Position numbers and translations under genes: made by a program
Shown here: piece by piece, positions 47,344 to 57,386 of the stretch
How the letters are laid out: each line of letters starts with the position of its first letter
How positions within the stretch are numbered: the first letter of the stretch is position 1
From: a virus
Lineage: Duplodnaviria; Caudoviricetes
Virus record (IMG/VR): IMGVR_UViG_3300034061_006011
Length of the DNA: 64,000 nt
Direction: 5' to 3' (one strand)
Notes under the pieces: model-generated
What the model was told of the DNA's origin: nothing
Database searches by the model: none
Seen by the model: only the letters and a program-made list of their open reading frames with translations

Positions 47344-48663
47344 TTAAGTCAAATTTAAATTAAAATTTTTCAAGTTGGATAGATTATTACCAACTTTTAT
47401 ATCAACAAATAACTTAAGACCCTTTTGTTCCTTAAATTCTTCTTCCAATTTTGTTTTTATAACACTGATTGATTCATTGACGTTTTTTTCTTTAACAGCA
47501 AAAACGAAACAGTCATGAATTGAAAACAATAGTCTGAAATCATTTGTTTTTATATTACTAAGTTCATTCATCTTGATAAAGCACAATGTAGCTGCTGGTG
47601 AATGAATACAAAAATTCATTGCTTTATAAGATTCTTCTACATTAAAACTTTTCTTTCTATTAAAATAATCAATACAATGACCAAAGTTGGTAGCTTGACC
47701 CATAAAACCACTGACGTAATCAAAAGATTTACTAAATATAGACTTCATTTTCTTTAAGTAATCACTAGCCTCAATAGCTGAACAATTTAAAAGTTCTGAC
47801 AATTTATTAGCAGAAATTCCATAAATTGCTGGCAAAAATATCTTTTTCCCTAGTTCCTTCAAATTTTCATCTGCAAAATTGCTTAAATTTAAGACATATT
47901 GTGCTATCTGCTCATAAGGATGGCATGTGTTATAAAGTAATGTATTCAGATTACTGTCTTTGCATAAAAATGCAAGTACATATAACTCAAGTGCTTTAAA
48001 GTCAAACGCAACAAAAACTTCATCATCATTAGGCAAGATAAGGTTATTCTTTATTTCATTAGTCATCCCATGAGGATTAAAATTCCTATCTGAAGCTAGA
48101 CTTGAATTAAGTCTTCCGTTTTCCTGAAATTTGGATGAATAATAAGGAAAAATAAAACTAGCTGAATCATCAAGAATGATGCCTTCATTCTCCATCAGCG
48201 GAACAGTTGAGCAAATCAATTGTTGATATACATTTCTATAAACTTCCATTAAATCTGACTTAATGAACTTCATAAAGATTGAATGAACTTCAGAGAAAGT
48301 AGAAAAACTACTTTTTATGTCTGAATAATCAACAAACCAATTTAAGTCGAAAAACTTAGTTCTATCTGGCAAGATATTACAACCAACTTTAATACAAAAA
48401 GAATGAAATAATTTTGCATCCAAACAAACAATTGGACGATTAAATTTCTCCAAACATGAATTAAATCGGTGTACAAATGAACACGCATTATCTTTATGTA
48501 ATTTTATTTCAAATTTAGACCCTTTGGGTCCAGAAAACTGTAAATTTAATAAGAGATTTTTTCTGTCAGTCAAATCGGGTTCATTTAAATTTTGTAAAAA
48601 AACATATGGCTCAACGCTAAAAGCGTCGAACATTTTTTCAAAGGTAAGAAAGTCTTGGTTCAC
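47344..48663 (-). CDS. Short family-A DNA polymerase-like protein
   Basis: GRLNSS, motif A AFDFKALE, motif B KELGKKIFLPAIYG, motif C IHDC. Confidence 0.8.
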   Translation of the reverse strand: MNQDFLTFEKMFDAFSVEPYVFLQNLNEPDLTDRKNLLLNLQFSGPKGSKFEIKLHKDNACSFVHRFNSCLEKFNRPIVCLDAKLFHSFCIKVGCNILPDRTKFFDLNWFVDYSDIKSSFSTFSEVHSIFMKFIKSDLMEVYRNVYQQLICSTVPLMENEGIILDDSASFIFPYYSSKFQENGRLNSSLASDRNFNPHGMTNEIKNNLILPNDDEVFVAFDFKALELYVLAFLCKDSNLNTLLYNTCHPYEQIAQYVLNLSNFADENLKELGKKIFLPAIYGISANKLSELLNCSAIEASDYLKKMKSIFSKSFDYVSGFMGQATNFGHCIDYFNRKKSFNVEESYKAMNFCIHSPAATLCFIKMNELSNIKTNDFRLLFSIHDCFVFAVKEKNVNESISVIKTKLEEEFKEQKGLKLFVDIKVGNNLSNLKNFNLNLT

Positions 48664-48737
48664 AAAAACAACTTTACGCAGAATTTTTCAAAAAGCAAAT
48701 TGTTAAATCATTTTTTTTGGCATGATTTTTGCAACTA

Positions 48738-48926
48738 AAGTTAAATTAATATATTTAAGTTAAATTAATATAGAGTAGAATTACTTCGTAATTCTACTCT
48801 ATAGCAGTAGTATATTTATTACTCTTCGCTACGCTCAGAGTAATAAAATACTACTGCTAAATTAACTTACTTACAAATACATAATATAATTAAATACTTA
48901 AACGCAGGCGCACACGCACACGCACG
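48738..48926. other. Origin-like non-coding region: direct repeats, two long hairpins, AT-rich tract
   Basis: aagttaaattaatata x2; 16-bp perfect stem 48769-48803; ~22-bp stem 48803-48858; gcacac repeats. Confidence 0.6.
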
Positions 48927-49169
48927 AAACAAATACCGTGCCAATCAAACAGAAAAATAAAAAAAATTATGTAAATCATAATCTTTACAAAAAAGCCTCT
49001 TAAAGCCACGATCTCATTTAGATGAGTCAGAATGCAATTTTCAAATATTGAACGCTCCTAGACCCAAAAGATTAGATTTAAACATGGTTTTCTTATTTCC
49101 AGCCCAGAACTGTTTTGGTATGCCAGAAAATCTATTTGACTTCTCAGAAACGTCAGTTAGGATTCAGAC

Positions 49170-49874
49170 ATGCGAGAATTTTACAAAGCATCCAACGAGC
49201 AAATGTTCAAGCTATCTGGCGAACCAGATATGCTTTTTGCATACCATCTCACAATCTACTACCTAAATTGTGAGAGATTTTATTTTCCTGACTATAAACA
49301 CACGCCATTTAACGACTTAAAGCCAGTTAAAAAACAAGCAGTTTTCAAACATTTGCTTAAACTCGTCAAAGATAGAAGAGCTGAATTTGAAACATCTTCT
49401 AACTATTTTCTTTTTATAAAAGCTCAATTTGAAATAGCTAAAATACTTGAAAAAAACAATCCATACATTTATCCCGGAATGTTACATGGCATAAAAGCAA
49501 TGAACCGTTTTTATGTTTGGAGTAAAAAAATTGAAGAAAAAAGAATGGTTCTGAAAGCTAATGATAAAACATTAGATCAGTCTAGCATAAACGTAGGACT
49601 TAATAAATCATTAGAATCACTCAAAAGAACTCTTGGTGATAACTTAGATTATGAAACTTTTGTGAAAAATATAAAAAGAATCTTGCTTCAAGTAAGATGT
49701 AGAGAACTAGATCCCATTTGGTGTTTTTGCAGCAATTGGGTGAAAAAATTACCAGAAGAAATTCGTGATGAAATTTATAACATCAGTGAATGTGATAAAT
49801 TTAAAGATTTTAACACTGAAGAAATCAATAAATTATATCAAGAAAAATTTATATTTGAGAACTGTGTTCCCTAA
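49170..49874 (+). CDS. Hypothetical protein next to origin-like region
   Basis: 234 aa ORF divergent from polA-like gene. Confidence 0.65.
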   Translation: MREFYKASNEQMFKLSGEPDMLFAYHLTIYYLNCERFYFPDYKHTPFNDLKPVKKQAVFKHLLKLVKDRRAEFETSSNYFLFIKAQFEIAKILEKNNPYIYPGMLHGIKAMNRFYVWSKKIEEKRMVLKANDKTLDQSSINVGLNKSLESLKRTLGDNLDYETFVKNIKRILLQVRCRELDPIWCFCSNWVKKLPEEIRDEIYNISECDKFKDFNTEEINKLYQEKFIFENCVP

Positions 49875-50802
49875 AATACAATGAATAATCTCTTCCATAA
49901 GTATTTATAATACGTTTCAACATCTGTTCTACAGCTGGTTTTAAGTTTTTATACTTATTTTTTTGTTCTTTTTTATTTGATCCTTCCATGGAATTAATTT
50001 TATCTACCATTTCTTTTATCTTTTCAATCAATTCATTTACTCTGAATGAGTATATCCTATCGCCATCTTCTGGTGGAATGTAAGATAATATTAAAGCATT
50101 ATTTCCAAATTCTTCTTGTGATAATAAAACTCTTAAAGCTTCAACGCCATTACTAATAATTGGATCTTTTTTGTGACTGCCTCTTTCAGGTATTGGTGAT
50201 TCTGTTTCTTCTGGAGATTCTTCTTCCATATCTCCGGGTCTTGACTTTCTTCCTAATCCAAAATATTGAGACAACTCACTTCCCGGTTGTTTGCCAAATC
50301 CGGGCTGACGAGCAGCTTGAAACATTCTTATAGCACCAGTTACTGGAGATGCTACAATCTGACCAGCACCTTTTCCTATTTGACTTAAACCACTTAATAA
50401 AGAACTACTAGCAGAATACAATCCCTTTTTAACTTCACTTGAACCCATATCTATCAAAGCCCAATCGTTACTTATTGCTCCTATTGGAAGACCAACGCCA
50501 GTTTCGATTGCTCCTAATCCTGCTCTTGTTAATCCAAAAGCTCCACCAGCAGAACCTTTAGCAGCTCCACTAATGATATTTAAAATTCCTTTAATATTTT
50601 GCTCACCAACATGACCCAATCCTGCAACTAATCCCTTGGCAGTACTGCCAATGCTGCCAAGAATGCTTTCATTAAGCATGATTCCTTTTCTGTTAAAATG
50701 TTCAATAATTTGATCTAGTTTATAATTTTTATCCAAAAGACGATTGAACTCTTCTAAAATTTCGTTATCTCTTTTAAGAACAAATGCTGAAAAATTTGTC
50801 AT
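49849..50802 (-). CDS. Gly-rich amphipathic protein with leader motif
   Basis: MTNFSAFVL...LNESILGSIG; CATAAATA (50818-50825) and GAGG RBS. Confidence 0.65.
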   Translation of the reverse strand: MTNFSAFVLKRDNEILEEFNRLLDKNYKLDQIIEHFNRKGIMLNESILGSIGSTAKGLVAGLGHVGEQNIKGILNIISGAAKGSAGGAFGLTRAGLGAIETGVGLPIGAISNDWALIDMGSSEVKKGLYSASSSLLSGLSQIGKGAGQIVASPVTGAIRMFQAARQPGFGKQPGSELSQYFGLGRKSRPGDMEEESPEETESPIPERGSHKKDPIISNGVEALRVLLSQEEFGNNALILSYIPPEDGDRIYSFRVNELIEKIKEMVDKINSMEGSNKKEQKNKYKNLKPAVEQMLKRIINTYGRDYSLYFREHSSQI

Positions 50803-50841
50803 GTTGTACCTCTAAATTATTTATGATACATATATAAAATT

Positions 50842-51168
50842 ATGAAACAACAATCTGAAGATCCTTTAGAGTTTTTAAAGAATAGACGTAAAGGAGCACA
50901 AAACAATGCTGCTGATGCTAAAGCAAAAGGCGGGGATGCTATACTCTCATATTATCACTTTGCAATAAAAGATAAGCCATATCGTGAAGTTATGCAAGTG
51001 CTTAAAAATGATGGTTTAAAGGCTGCTATTAAATTTTGTAAAAGTGAAACTAAAAGAGTCATTCGAGAATTAGATTTTATTAAAGACACTCAAAAAGAAT
51101 TTCAACAAATTGTTGGAGAAATTGAAGTCTACGGAGAATGTTATATTAAATTTTTAGAAATTGAATAA
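50842..51168 (+). CDS. Hypothetical protein
   Basis: CATATATA box 5 nt upstream. Confidence 0.6.
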   Translation: MKQQSEDPLEFLKNRRKGAQNNAADAKAKGGDAILSYYHFAIKDKPYREVMQVLKNDGLKAAIKFCKSETKRVIRELDFIKDTQKEFQQIVGEIEVYGECYIKFLEIE

Positions 51169-51181
51169 TATTTTTTAAATG

Positions 51182-52624
51182 CTAAAAATAATTTTCTAAT
51201 ATCTTTATTAAGTAACGCTTAATATTTGTGTACATATAACTCGCTTCATGTTTTTCTATATTAGCAATTTGTTCGTTTATTTTTTCTTTCATTTGATTTA
51301 CAATTTGCTGTGAATCAATTTCTTCTGGTAATTGATTCACAGTAATATTGCTAAGTGTAAGTGTTGAAGGTCTTAATCTGAGAAATTCTGAAACTTTTCC
51401 AACCAAATAAATTGTTGTGCTATTCTTTATTAAATCTGGACAAATGCTAATTTTCAAATTTCCTCTAATTTCAGATCTATTTATATTAATTTGAGTTGTA
51501 GACGCAGCACAAAAAGATGGTCTTGAAGTTATTGTGATTTTTGCATTAGGTAATCCCATAATTTTAATTATTTTATTTAGTAATTCAACAGATGGTTCCA
51601 AGGGATCTGTATTAGATAATTTAATTATTGTTTCTAACTTTTCATGAATTTCTTTCTTTGCAATTTCCCAATCATCCATATTAATTAATGCATAATCTTT
51701 TCCATAACCATGTCGATCAAAACGATTTGAATACACATTAACATATTTTTTATCAGGCATGTCTACATAACAACTTATATTGCCGTCTCCAAGATGATAT
51801 CCTATTGAAAAAACATATCTTGCTTTTGGATCTTCTGATATTGTATATATTGAAAAATTATTTGTAGCTCCAAAATCTGATGTTTTTTTGAAATTATATC
51901 CTCTTGCTGTTTCTGTCGTACCAGTTTTTTTGCTTTGTATAGAATATTTATTAAAATATTTCATCCCAACAGAATTGGCAATATCATACATTTTACGCCA
52001 AATTATTTTTGAATATTCTGCCATTGGAGATTCAACTGTTTTAACAACATTAATGACACTTGGATTAATAACACAGATTTGTTCTGGTTCATTCGAATGA
52101 ATTATACTATCGCCTTCATCAAGTATTGCATCGAAATTACCAGCCATTGCAAACAATTTATTCCAAGTAACATTTCTACTTAATTCGTTTGTCGCAATAT
52201 ATTTTTCCATTGTATACCATAACAAATGTCCGCCTTTTTTACCATGCAAGCTTCGCCAATATGGCTTATCAGTATAATCAGATATTCCCATCTTTTCTAA
52301 CAATTCTTTTGCTTCATCAATTGATATCTTTGAAAGATTAAGAACTTTGGCTTTTTCTGATAATTTAAAAACATAAATGTAAGGCATACTCCAAAAACCT
52401 TCATTTGTACGGTTTTCTTGAAGCATATACCTTTTTGTGAAAGCATAAATTCCAATTGGGTCATGGTGAGATGGTCTCAATGATAATTTCATGTTAATTC
52501 TTGGTCTGTCTGAAAAATTAACATACAAGTCTTCTTGACTTTCACGAAGGAAATCAAGAAGACTTTTATACATATTTCTAATATCATTTATTGCTTCTAA
52601 CAATAACCATTCTTTAAACATCAT
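51182..52624 (-). CDS. Putative ADP-ribosyltransferase-fold protein, paralog of 13765..15117
   Basis: MMFKEWLLLEA; DPIGIYAF, PYIYVF, NFDAILD, IHSNEPEQICVINP; CATAAATA 6 nt upstream. Confidence 0.45.
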   Translation of the reverse strand: MMFKEWLLLEAINDIRNMYKSLLDFLRESQEDLYVNFSDRPRINMKLSLRPSHHDPIGIYAFTKRYMLQENRTNEGFWSMPYIYVFKLSEKAKVLNLSKISIDEAKELLEKMGISDYTDKPYWRSLHGKKGGHLLWYTMEKYIATNELSRNVTWNKLFAMAGNFDAILDEGDSIIHSNEPEQICVINPSVINVVKTVESPMAEYSKIIWRKMYDIANSVGMKYFNKYSIQSKKTGTTETARGYNFKKTSDFGATNNFSIYTISEDPKARYVFSIGYHLGDGNISCYVDMPDKKYVNVYSNRFDRHGYGKDYALINMDDWEIAKKEIHEKLETIIKLSNTDPLEPSVELLNKIIKIMGLPNAKITITSRPSFCAASTTQININRSEIRGNLKISICPDLIKNSTTIYLVGKVSEFLRLRPSTLTLSNITVNQLPEEIDSQQIVNQMKEKINEQIANIEKHEASYMYTNIKRYLIKILENYF

Positions 52625-52643
52625 AATGATTATTTATGCTTGA

Positions 52644-53453
52644 TCAATAAGTCTTGAATATATTTTCAAGAATAGTTACAATTTCACTTTTGTTTTGATC
52701 AGGAGTGAAATATTCATTCCATTCAGGTGATTGGGCTTCATAGTCATATCCAAGATGCTGAGATGAATGCTCTGCTCCCCAACATCTTATCAAACCTAAT
52801 TTTGGCAAAAATACTAAATAAACATTAAATTGATTCACTTTTCTTTGACTGGGAGCTTCAAGACCAAATCCTGTATAAGAAAAATAAACTATATATGTGT
52901 TATCATCCTGTCTCAATGTTCCTTCATAAACCATAACATCTGGATGCTTCAATTTCATGTTTGCTGCAATCATTACAACAAGTTCTAGAAAATTTTTGAA
53001 TTCAGCTTTAGGTGATTCTAAGTTTGTCTTATCAAGATATTCAGCAAGCTCATGTAATCTAACTGCAAGCATTTTCTCTACAGCAATATCTTCAGAGTTT
53101 AAATGTTCATAATCATTTACAACTGGTACTGAATACCTTGTTATCCAAACAGGTTCACCTTCTAAGTCTTTTATTTTTCGACAAATTGTTGCTCTACAAG
53201 AACCAAGAGGACTAAATTTAATTTGAATAGCACCTACTTGAGAAGAATCTCCATAGGTAACTAAGCTTCCAAAATCTTTTACTGGATCTTTAGTTCCAAT
53301 TGGACCAAGATTTATAATTTCATCTAAACATGTTTCTATTGCCAAGCCTTCAAGCGGTTCTTCATTATATCTCAATTCTTTAGTTTGAGATATACCTTTG
53401 TCAAAACCAAAGACAACATCAGGAGTTTTACCAGCCCACTCATTAAATTTCAT
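52644..53453 (-). CDS. Hypothetical protein with MKFNEW leader
   Basis: 269 aa; GAGG RBS. Confidence 0.65.
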   Translation of the reverse strand: MKFNEWAGKTPDVVFGFDKGISQTKELRYNEEPLEGLAIETCLDEIINLGPIGTKDPVKDFGSLVTYGDSSQVGAIQIKFSPLGSCRATICRKIKDLEGEPVWITRYSVPVVNDYEHLNSEDIAVEKMLAVRLHELAEYLDKTNLESPKAEFKNFLELVVMIAANMKLKHPDVMVYEGTLRQDDNTYIVYFSYTGFGLEAPSQRKVNQFNVYLVFLPKLGLIRCWGAEHSSQHLGYDYEAQSPEWNEYFTPDQNKSEIVTILENIFKTY

Positions 53454-53491
53454 ATCGCCTCATTATTTGTATTCTAAACATATATAGTAAC

Positions 53492-53776
53492 ATGATTACA
53501 TTCATTCAATTCATGGAAAACGTAGAAGAAGATAGCGAAAAAGATGCTTTCATTGATCAGTTTCAGCTAAACATAGATAAAGACAAAGGCTTTTATGCCA
53601 ATATTAATGAATTTGATAAAGAAAAATTAAAAGACCGATTGAAATCTTGGAGCAAATACGAAAAGATGTCTGCTGCTGATAAAAGCAATATAGAATCAAT
53701 AATTAATAAGAAGTCATCAAAATTATTGGATTTTTTCAATGCTTTATATTCAAAATCTAATCAACAAATTCAATAA
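53492..53776 (+). CDS. Small protein with leader motif
   Basis: MITFIQFMENVEE; CATATATA 5 nt upstream. Confidence 0.6.
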   Translation: MITFIQFMENVEEDSEKDAFIDQFQLNIDKDKGFYANINEFDKEKLKDRLKSWSKYEKMSAADKSNIESIINKKSSKLLDFFNALYSKSNQQIQ

Positions 53777-55175
53777 TATGTCCTTCTTTTTCAAGGGTTT
53801 TGATTCTGCTTTCTGAATGTTTTTTCAGATAAGGATTATTTGTGAAATAGAAGTCATAATATGTCACATGTTCTTTATCATTTGCCAATCTAAGACCACG
53901 ACCAAATCTTTGAATGATTAAATGTTCTGCTTGTCCTCCTGCACAATTTATTAAATTATGCAACATTACGTTGATACCAGTATTCATAATCTGTTGTGTT
54001 GCTATAGCAACACAACTTGTCTTGCTATTTTTTAACATATCTATAACTTGTCTTCGTGTATCAGCATCATCTTTACCAGTAATCCAATAAGCAGTTGGGA
54101 TAAATGCTTTTAATTGATCTCCATGAGATATTCTGTCAACTAAAATCAAAGTTCTACCTTGCAGACTTGTTACTATATCAACTACTTTTTTATGTAAAGT
54201 CTGATTAGTGACAATACCATGATCTACTGCTTCACTATAAATTGCTAATGGAATTTCTGGTTCTGAAATTGTATGAAAAATACATTTTGCCTGAGAAAGC
54301 TTTCCTTCTTTTTGTAGGTTTGCTGTTGTTATTTTACCAGTATCGGTTGTGGTAGTCTTAAGAAGAGGTCCAAAATATCCTTTTACTAAATATTTATGAA
54401 CCATATCTTTGCCACCATTCTTAAATGGTGTTGCAGATAATCCAATCCTAATTACAGTATTTTTTAGTTTTTTGTATATATCTTTAGTGCTATCACTAAC
54501 CATATCATGAACTTCATCAACAATTAAAACTTTGATATCATCTAACTTGTCTTCTATATGATGAATACTTTGTGCTGTTGCAACAGTAATCATGCTGCTT
54601 TTATCTTTGCCACTCCAACACGAACCTATTTTTTTAAATCCCCAACGAGAAATTTCATCATAGTTTTGAGCTGCTAAGGTTTTTCTATTTTGCAAGACCA
54701 ATGTTGGTACACCTTCACCTATTGCTTTAAGCAATGCAGCCATTAAAAATGTTTTACCAGCACCAGTTGGAGCGCAAACGACTCCACGCTTGTGTTTAAG
54801 ACATTGATTTACAAAATCAACTTGATAATCAGTAAGTTCTATTTTATTTTTTTTATCTTGATTAAATCTTTGTAAAAAATCTTTATCAATCGATTGATAA
54901 TCAAAATTAATTTGATTTCTGTTATCTTCTATTTCTATCTGCCCATCTATTCTTTTGGAAACAAGATATACTTCTGGTAATATTCCAGTAAGGAATTTTC
55001 CTGTTTTGGCAGAAAAGAAATTAACGTATCCATCCCATTTTCTTGATTTGTAAAGAGGTGTAAACTGATAACCTTTCTGTCTAAATCTTAAATTTTCACA
55101 TAAATATTTATGCACATCTTGGTTGTCTGTTTGGAGTTGTGAAAAATCATTGTTGATTATTAATTTCACTGCCAT
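53757..55175 (-). CDS. UvsW-like SF2 helicase
   Basis: APTGAGKT, VDEVH, GLSATP, TGIN, IQRFGRGLR. Confidence 0.9.
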   Translation of the reverse strand: MAVKLIINNDFSQLQTDNQDVHKYLCENLRFRQKGYQFTPLYKSRKWDGYVNFFSAKTGKFLTGILPEVYLVSKRIDGQIEIEDNRNQINFDYQSIDKDFLQRFNQDKKNKIELTDYQVDFVNQCLKHKRGVVCAPTGAGKTFLMAALLKAIGEGVPTLVLQNRKTLAAQNYDEISRWGFKKIGSCWSGKDKSSMITVATAQSIHHIEDKLDDIKVLIVDEVHDMVSDSTKDIYKKLKNTVIRIGLSATPFKNGGKDMVHKYLVKGYFGPLLKTTTTDTGKITTANLQKEGKLSQAKCIFHTISEPEIPLAIYSEAVDHGIVTNQTLHKKVVDIVTSLQGRTLILVDRISHGDQLKAFIPTAYWITGKDDADTRRQVIDMLKNSKTSCVAIATQQIMNTGINVMLHNLINCAGGQAEHLIIQRFGRGLRLANDKEHVTYYDFYFTNNPYLKKHSESRIKTLEKEGHIIEFVD

Positions 55176-55201
55176 GTCCGCCTCTTCTTTCTGTTGAACT
55201 A

Positions 55202-55230
55202 ATTATATCTATTATTATAAAATTTGTCAA
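55202..55230 (-). promoter_or_regulatory. Consensus sigma70 promoter for the UvsW-like helicase
   Basis: TTGACA-17 nt-TATAAT. Confidence 0.85.
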
Positions 55231-55245
55231 GCATACGGATAAATA

Positions 55246-55437
55246 ATGAAACTAGAGAATGGAGAATTTTCCATGATTGACTCAATGATAGAACAAACGA
55301 TTAGTGTTGTAGAAAATCTTGAGAAAAGATTGCATGAGATTGGTGAGAAGCAAAAAATCATGGAAAAAAAGCTAGAAAAGATACATGTAACTAAAATTAA
55401 AGAAAAATCAATAGTTATTTGCGCTTCCGCACATTGA
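55246..55437 (+). CDS. Small coiled-coil hypothetical protein
   Basis: 63 aa; TAAATA immediately upstream. Confidence 0.4.
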   Translation: MKLENGEFSMIDSMIEQTISVVENLEKRLHEIGEKQKIMEKKLEKIHVTKIKEKSIVICASAH

Positions 55438-55885
55438 TGTAAAACAAGTAACTATTTTTTGACCCCGGTCTAAGACTCTTTTGATTTTGACGATAATCTA
55501 ATACAAGTTTTGTATCAGGATTTTCATAGATAACAAAATCTTTCAATCTTGATAAAACAGTTGTTATAAATTCTTTACTACCAGTAATTCTTAATGTATC
55601 TTCTTGTACCGTGCTTCCTTTATGAAAACTATCGATAGGTTCAAGTTGTAAAGGAATGTTTGGAGCTAATGCTTTCCAAAATCTTACAATTTCAGATTTC
55701 TTAGCCTTCCAAGGTTTTAATTTTGGATGATATCCTTGAACTTCTGGTTGTGGAACAGAACCCATAGTTGGTGCAGGAACATTGCTCGCATTAGCAACAG
55801 GAGAAGAAGATGTAGTTGGCTGTGCAGCAATCTGAGGCTCAGATGCTTCTTCAAATTTATTGATATATTCCCAAAATGTTTTCAT
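55415..55885 (-). CDS. Hypothetical protein with MKTFWEY leader
   Basis: Start at 55885, 6 nt from TATATA box. Confidence 0.65.
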   Translation of the reverse strand: MKTFWEYINKFEEASEPQIAAQPTTSSSPVANASNVPAPTMGSVPQPEVQGYHPKLKPWKAKKSEIVRFWKALAPNIPLQLEPIDSFHKGSTVQEDTLRITGSKEFITTVLSRLKDFVIYENPDTKLVLDYRQNQKSLRPGSKNSYLFYINVRKRK

Positions 55886-55891
55886 TGCTAA

Positions 55892-55897
55892 TATATA
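55892..55897. promoter_or_regulatory. Palindromic TATATA box centred between divergent start codons
   Basis: CAT-tgctaa-TATATA-cttagt-ATG, 6 nt each side. Confidence 0.55.
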
Positions 55898-55903
55898 CTT
55901 AGT

Positions 55904-56272
55904 ATGATCACAATTCATGAATTCAAACATAAAATATTTTTAACAGAAGCTGATGCTCCTCCTGCTGGCGCAGCGCCTCCTGCCGGTGGCGCACCTCCTG
56001 CTGCTGGTGGCGCTCCTCCTCCCGGTGGCGATGCAGGCGGTCTTGGTGGTAGTCTTGGTGGAGATCTAGGAGGCTTAGGAGGAGGAGGAATGGGTGGTGG
56101 AGCACCTCCTCCCGGATCAGATTTAGGCGGTGCAATTGGTGGTGCGGCAGGTGGCGGAACAACTCCTATAACAGATATTAAGAAATTAAATGCTTGGGAT
56201 CTTTTGGAAAAGTTTTTCCGTGATAAGAAAGATCCTAAAGAAGACAAAGATCCTCTGGACAAGTATACCTGA
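55904..56272 (+). CDS. Gly/Pro/Ala-rich protein with leader motif
   Basis: MITIHEFKHKIFLTEA then GGAPP repeats. Confidence 0.65.
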   Translation: MITIHEFKHKIFLTEADAPPAGAAPPAGGAPPAAGGAPPPGGDAGGLGGSLGGDLGGLGGGGMGGGAPPPGSDLGGAIGGAAGGGTTPITDIKKLNAWDLLEKFFRDKKDPKEDKDPLDKYT

Positions 56273-56303
56273 TATTGTGTAGAATCTTAGTCAGGAGCAA
56301 TCT

Positions 56304-57383
56304 ATGACTAAGATTCTTTTGTTTTCTGATGCACACATTCATCCACATAAAAAAAGCGAAAAAAGACTTGATGATTGTCTTGATGCCCTTATATGGGTTT
56401 TTGAAACAGCTAAAAAAAATAATATAAAAAATATTTTATTCGGTGGAGATTTTTTCCACGACAGGTCAAAAATTGAATCTTTAGTTTTGCACAAAACATT
56501 TAATATTCTTAAAAAATATCTTGATGGTTCAATTAACTTTTATATACTTCTAGGCAACCATGATCTTTTGTATTTTGAGAAAACAACTATTAGCTCTGTT
56601 ACAGCAATATCTGGATTGCCAAATGTTCACATAATCAGTAGTCCTAAGAGGATTATGATTGACGATATAAGCTGGCATTTTATACCTTTTACACACAATC
56701 CAACAGATGATTTAGATTATTTGTCTCAATATGATCCTAAAAACTCATATCTTTTAGGACATTTGGCAATTGATGGAGCACGACTTAATTCTAAAGGATC
56801 AATTGCTGATGTTGAAATAGAACATGATGGAGAAATGGTAAAAGTAAACGCTAATATATTTCGTGATTATAAACATGTTTATCTTGGTCATTATCATAAT
56901 GCTCAAATGATTGATTCAAATGTTGAATATATTGGAAGTCCTTTACAGTTATCTTTTGGTGAAATGGAAGAAGTAAAAAATATTATCATACTAGAATTTG
57001 ATGGTGAAGATTGCATAAGTACCTATGTTTCAAACAATTTTAGTCCTCAACATTTTGAAGATACATTTGAAAATTTACAAAAAATAGATCCAAGAGTTTT
57101 AAAAAACTCTTATGTTTCTGTTCTTGTTGATAACGTCGATAAAAAAGAAATTAGCGATAAAGTTAAGTGCCTTGAAGAAAAAGGAATTTCTTTTGTAAAG
57201 ATTAAAAAGAACACAACAGCTAAAGATGATAGCAACGAAAAGGAACAAATAATTTTAGCTAAAGAAATATTATGCCAGTCAGACAAAATGGTTCAAAAAT
57301 TTGTAGAAATGTCTGAAACAAGTCTTGATAAAGACATTCTGGTTAAGTTCGGTATGGATGTCATCAACCAAGCACAGGAATAG
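56304..57383 (+). CDS. Mre11/SbcD/gp47-like nuclease subunit
   Basis: FSDAH, GGDFFH, LGNHD, LLGHL, YLGHYH, YIGSP. Confidence 0.92.
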   Translation: MTKILLFSDAHIHPHKKSEKRLDDCLDALIWVFETAKKNNIKNILFGGDFFHDRSKIESLVLHKTFNILKKYLDGSINFYILLGNHDLLYFEKTTISSVTAISGLPNVHIISSPKRIMIDDISWHFIPFTHNPTDDLDYLSQYDPKNSYLLGHLAIDGARLNSKGSIADVEIEHDGEMVKVNANIFRDYKHVYLGHYHNAQMIDSNVEYIGSPLQLSFGEMEEVKNIIILEFDGEDCISTYVSNNFSPQHFEDTFENLQKIDPRVLKNSYVSVLVDNVDKKEISDKVKCLEEKGISFVKIKKNTTAKDDSNEKEQIILAKEILCQSDKMVQKFVEMSETSLDKDILVKFGMDVINQAQE

Positions 57384-57386
57384 TTT

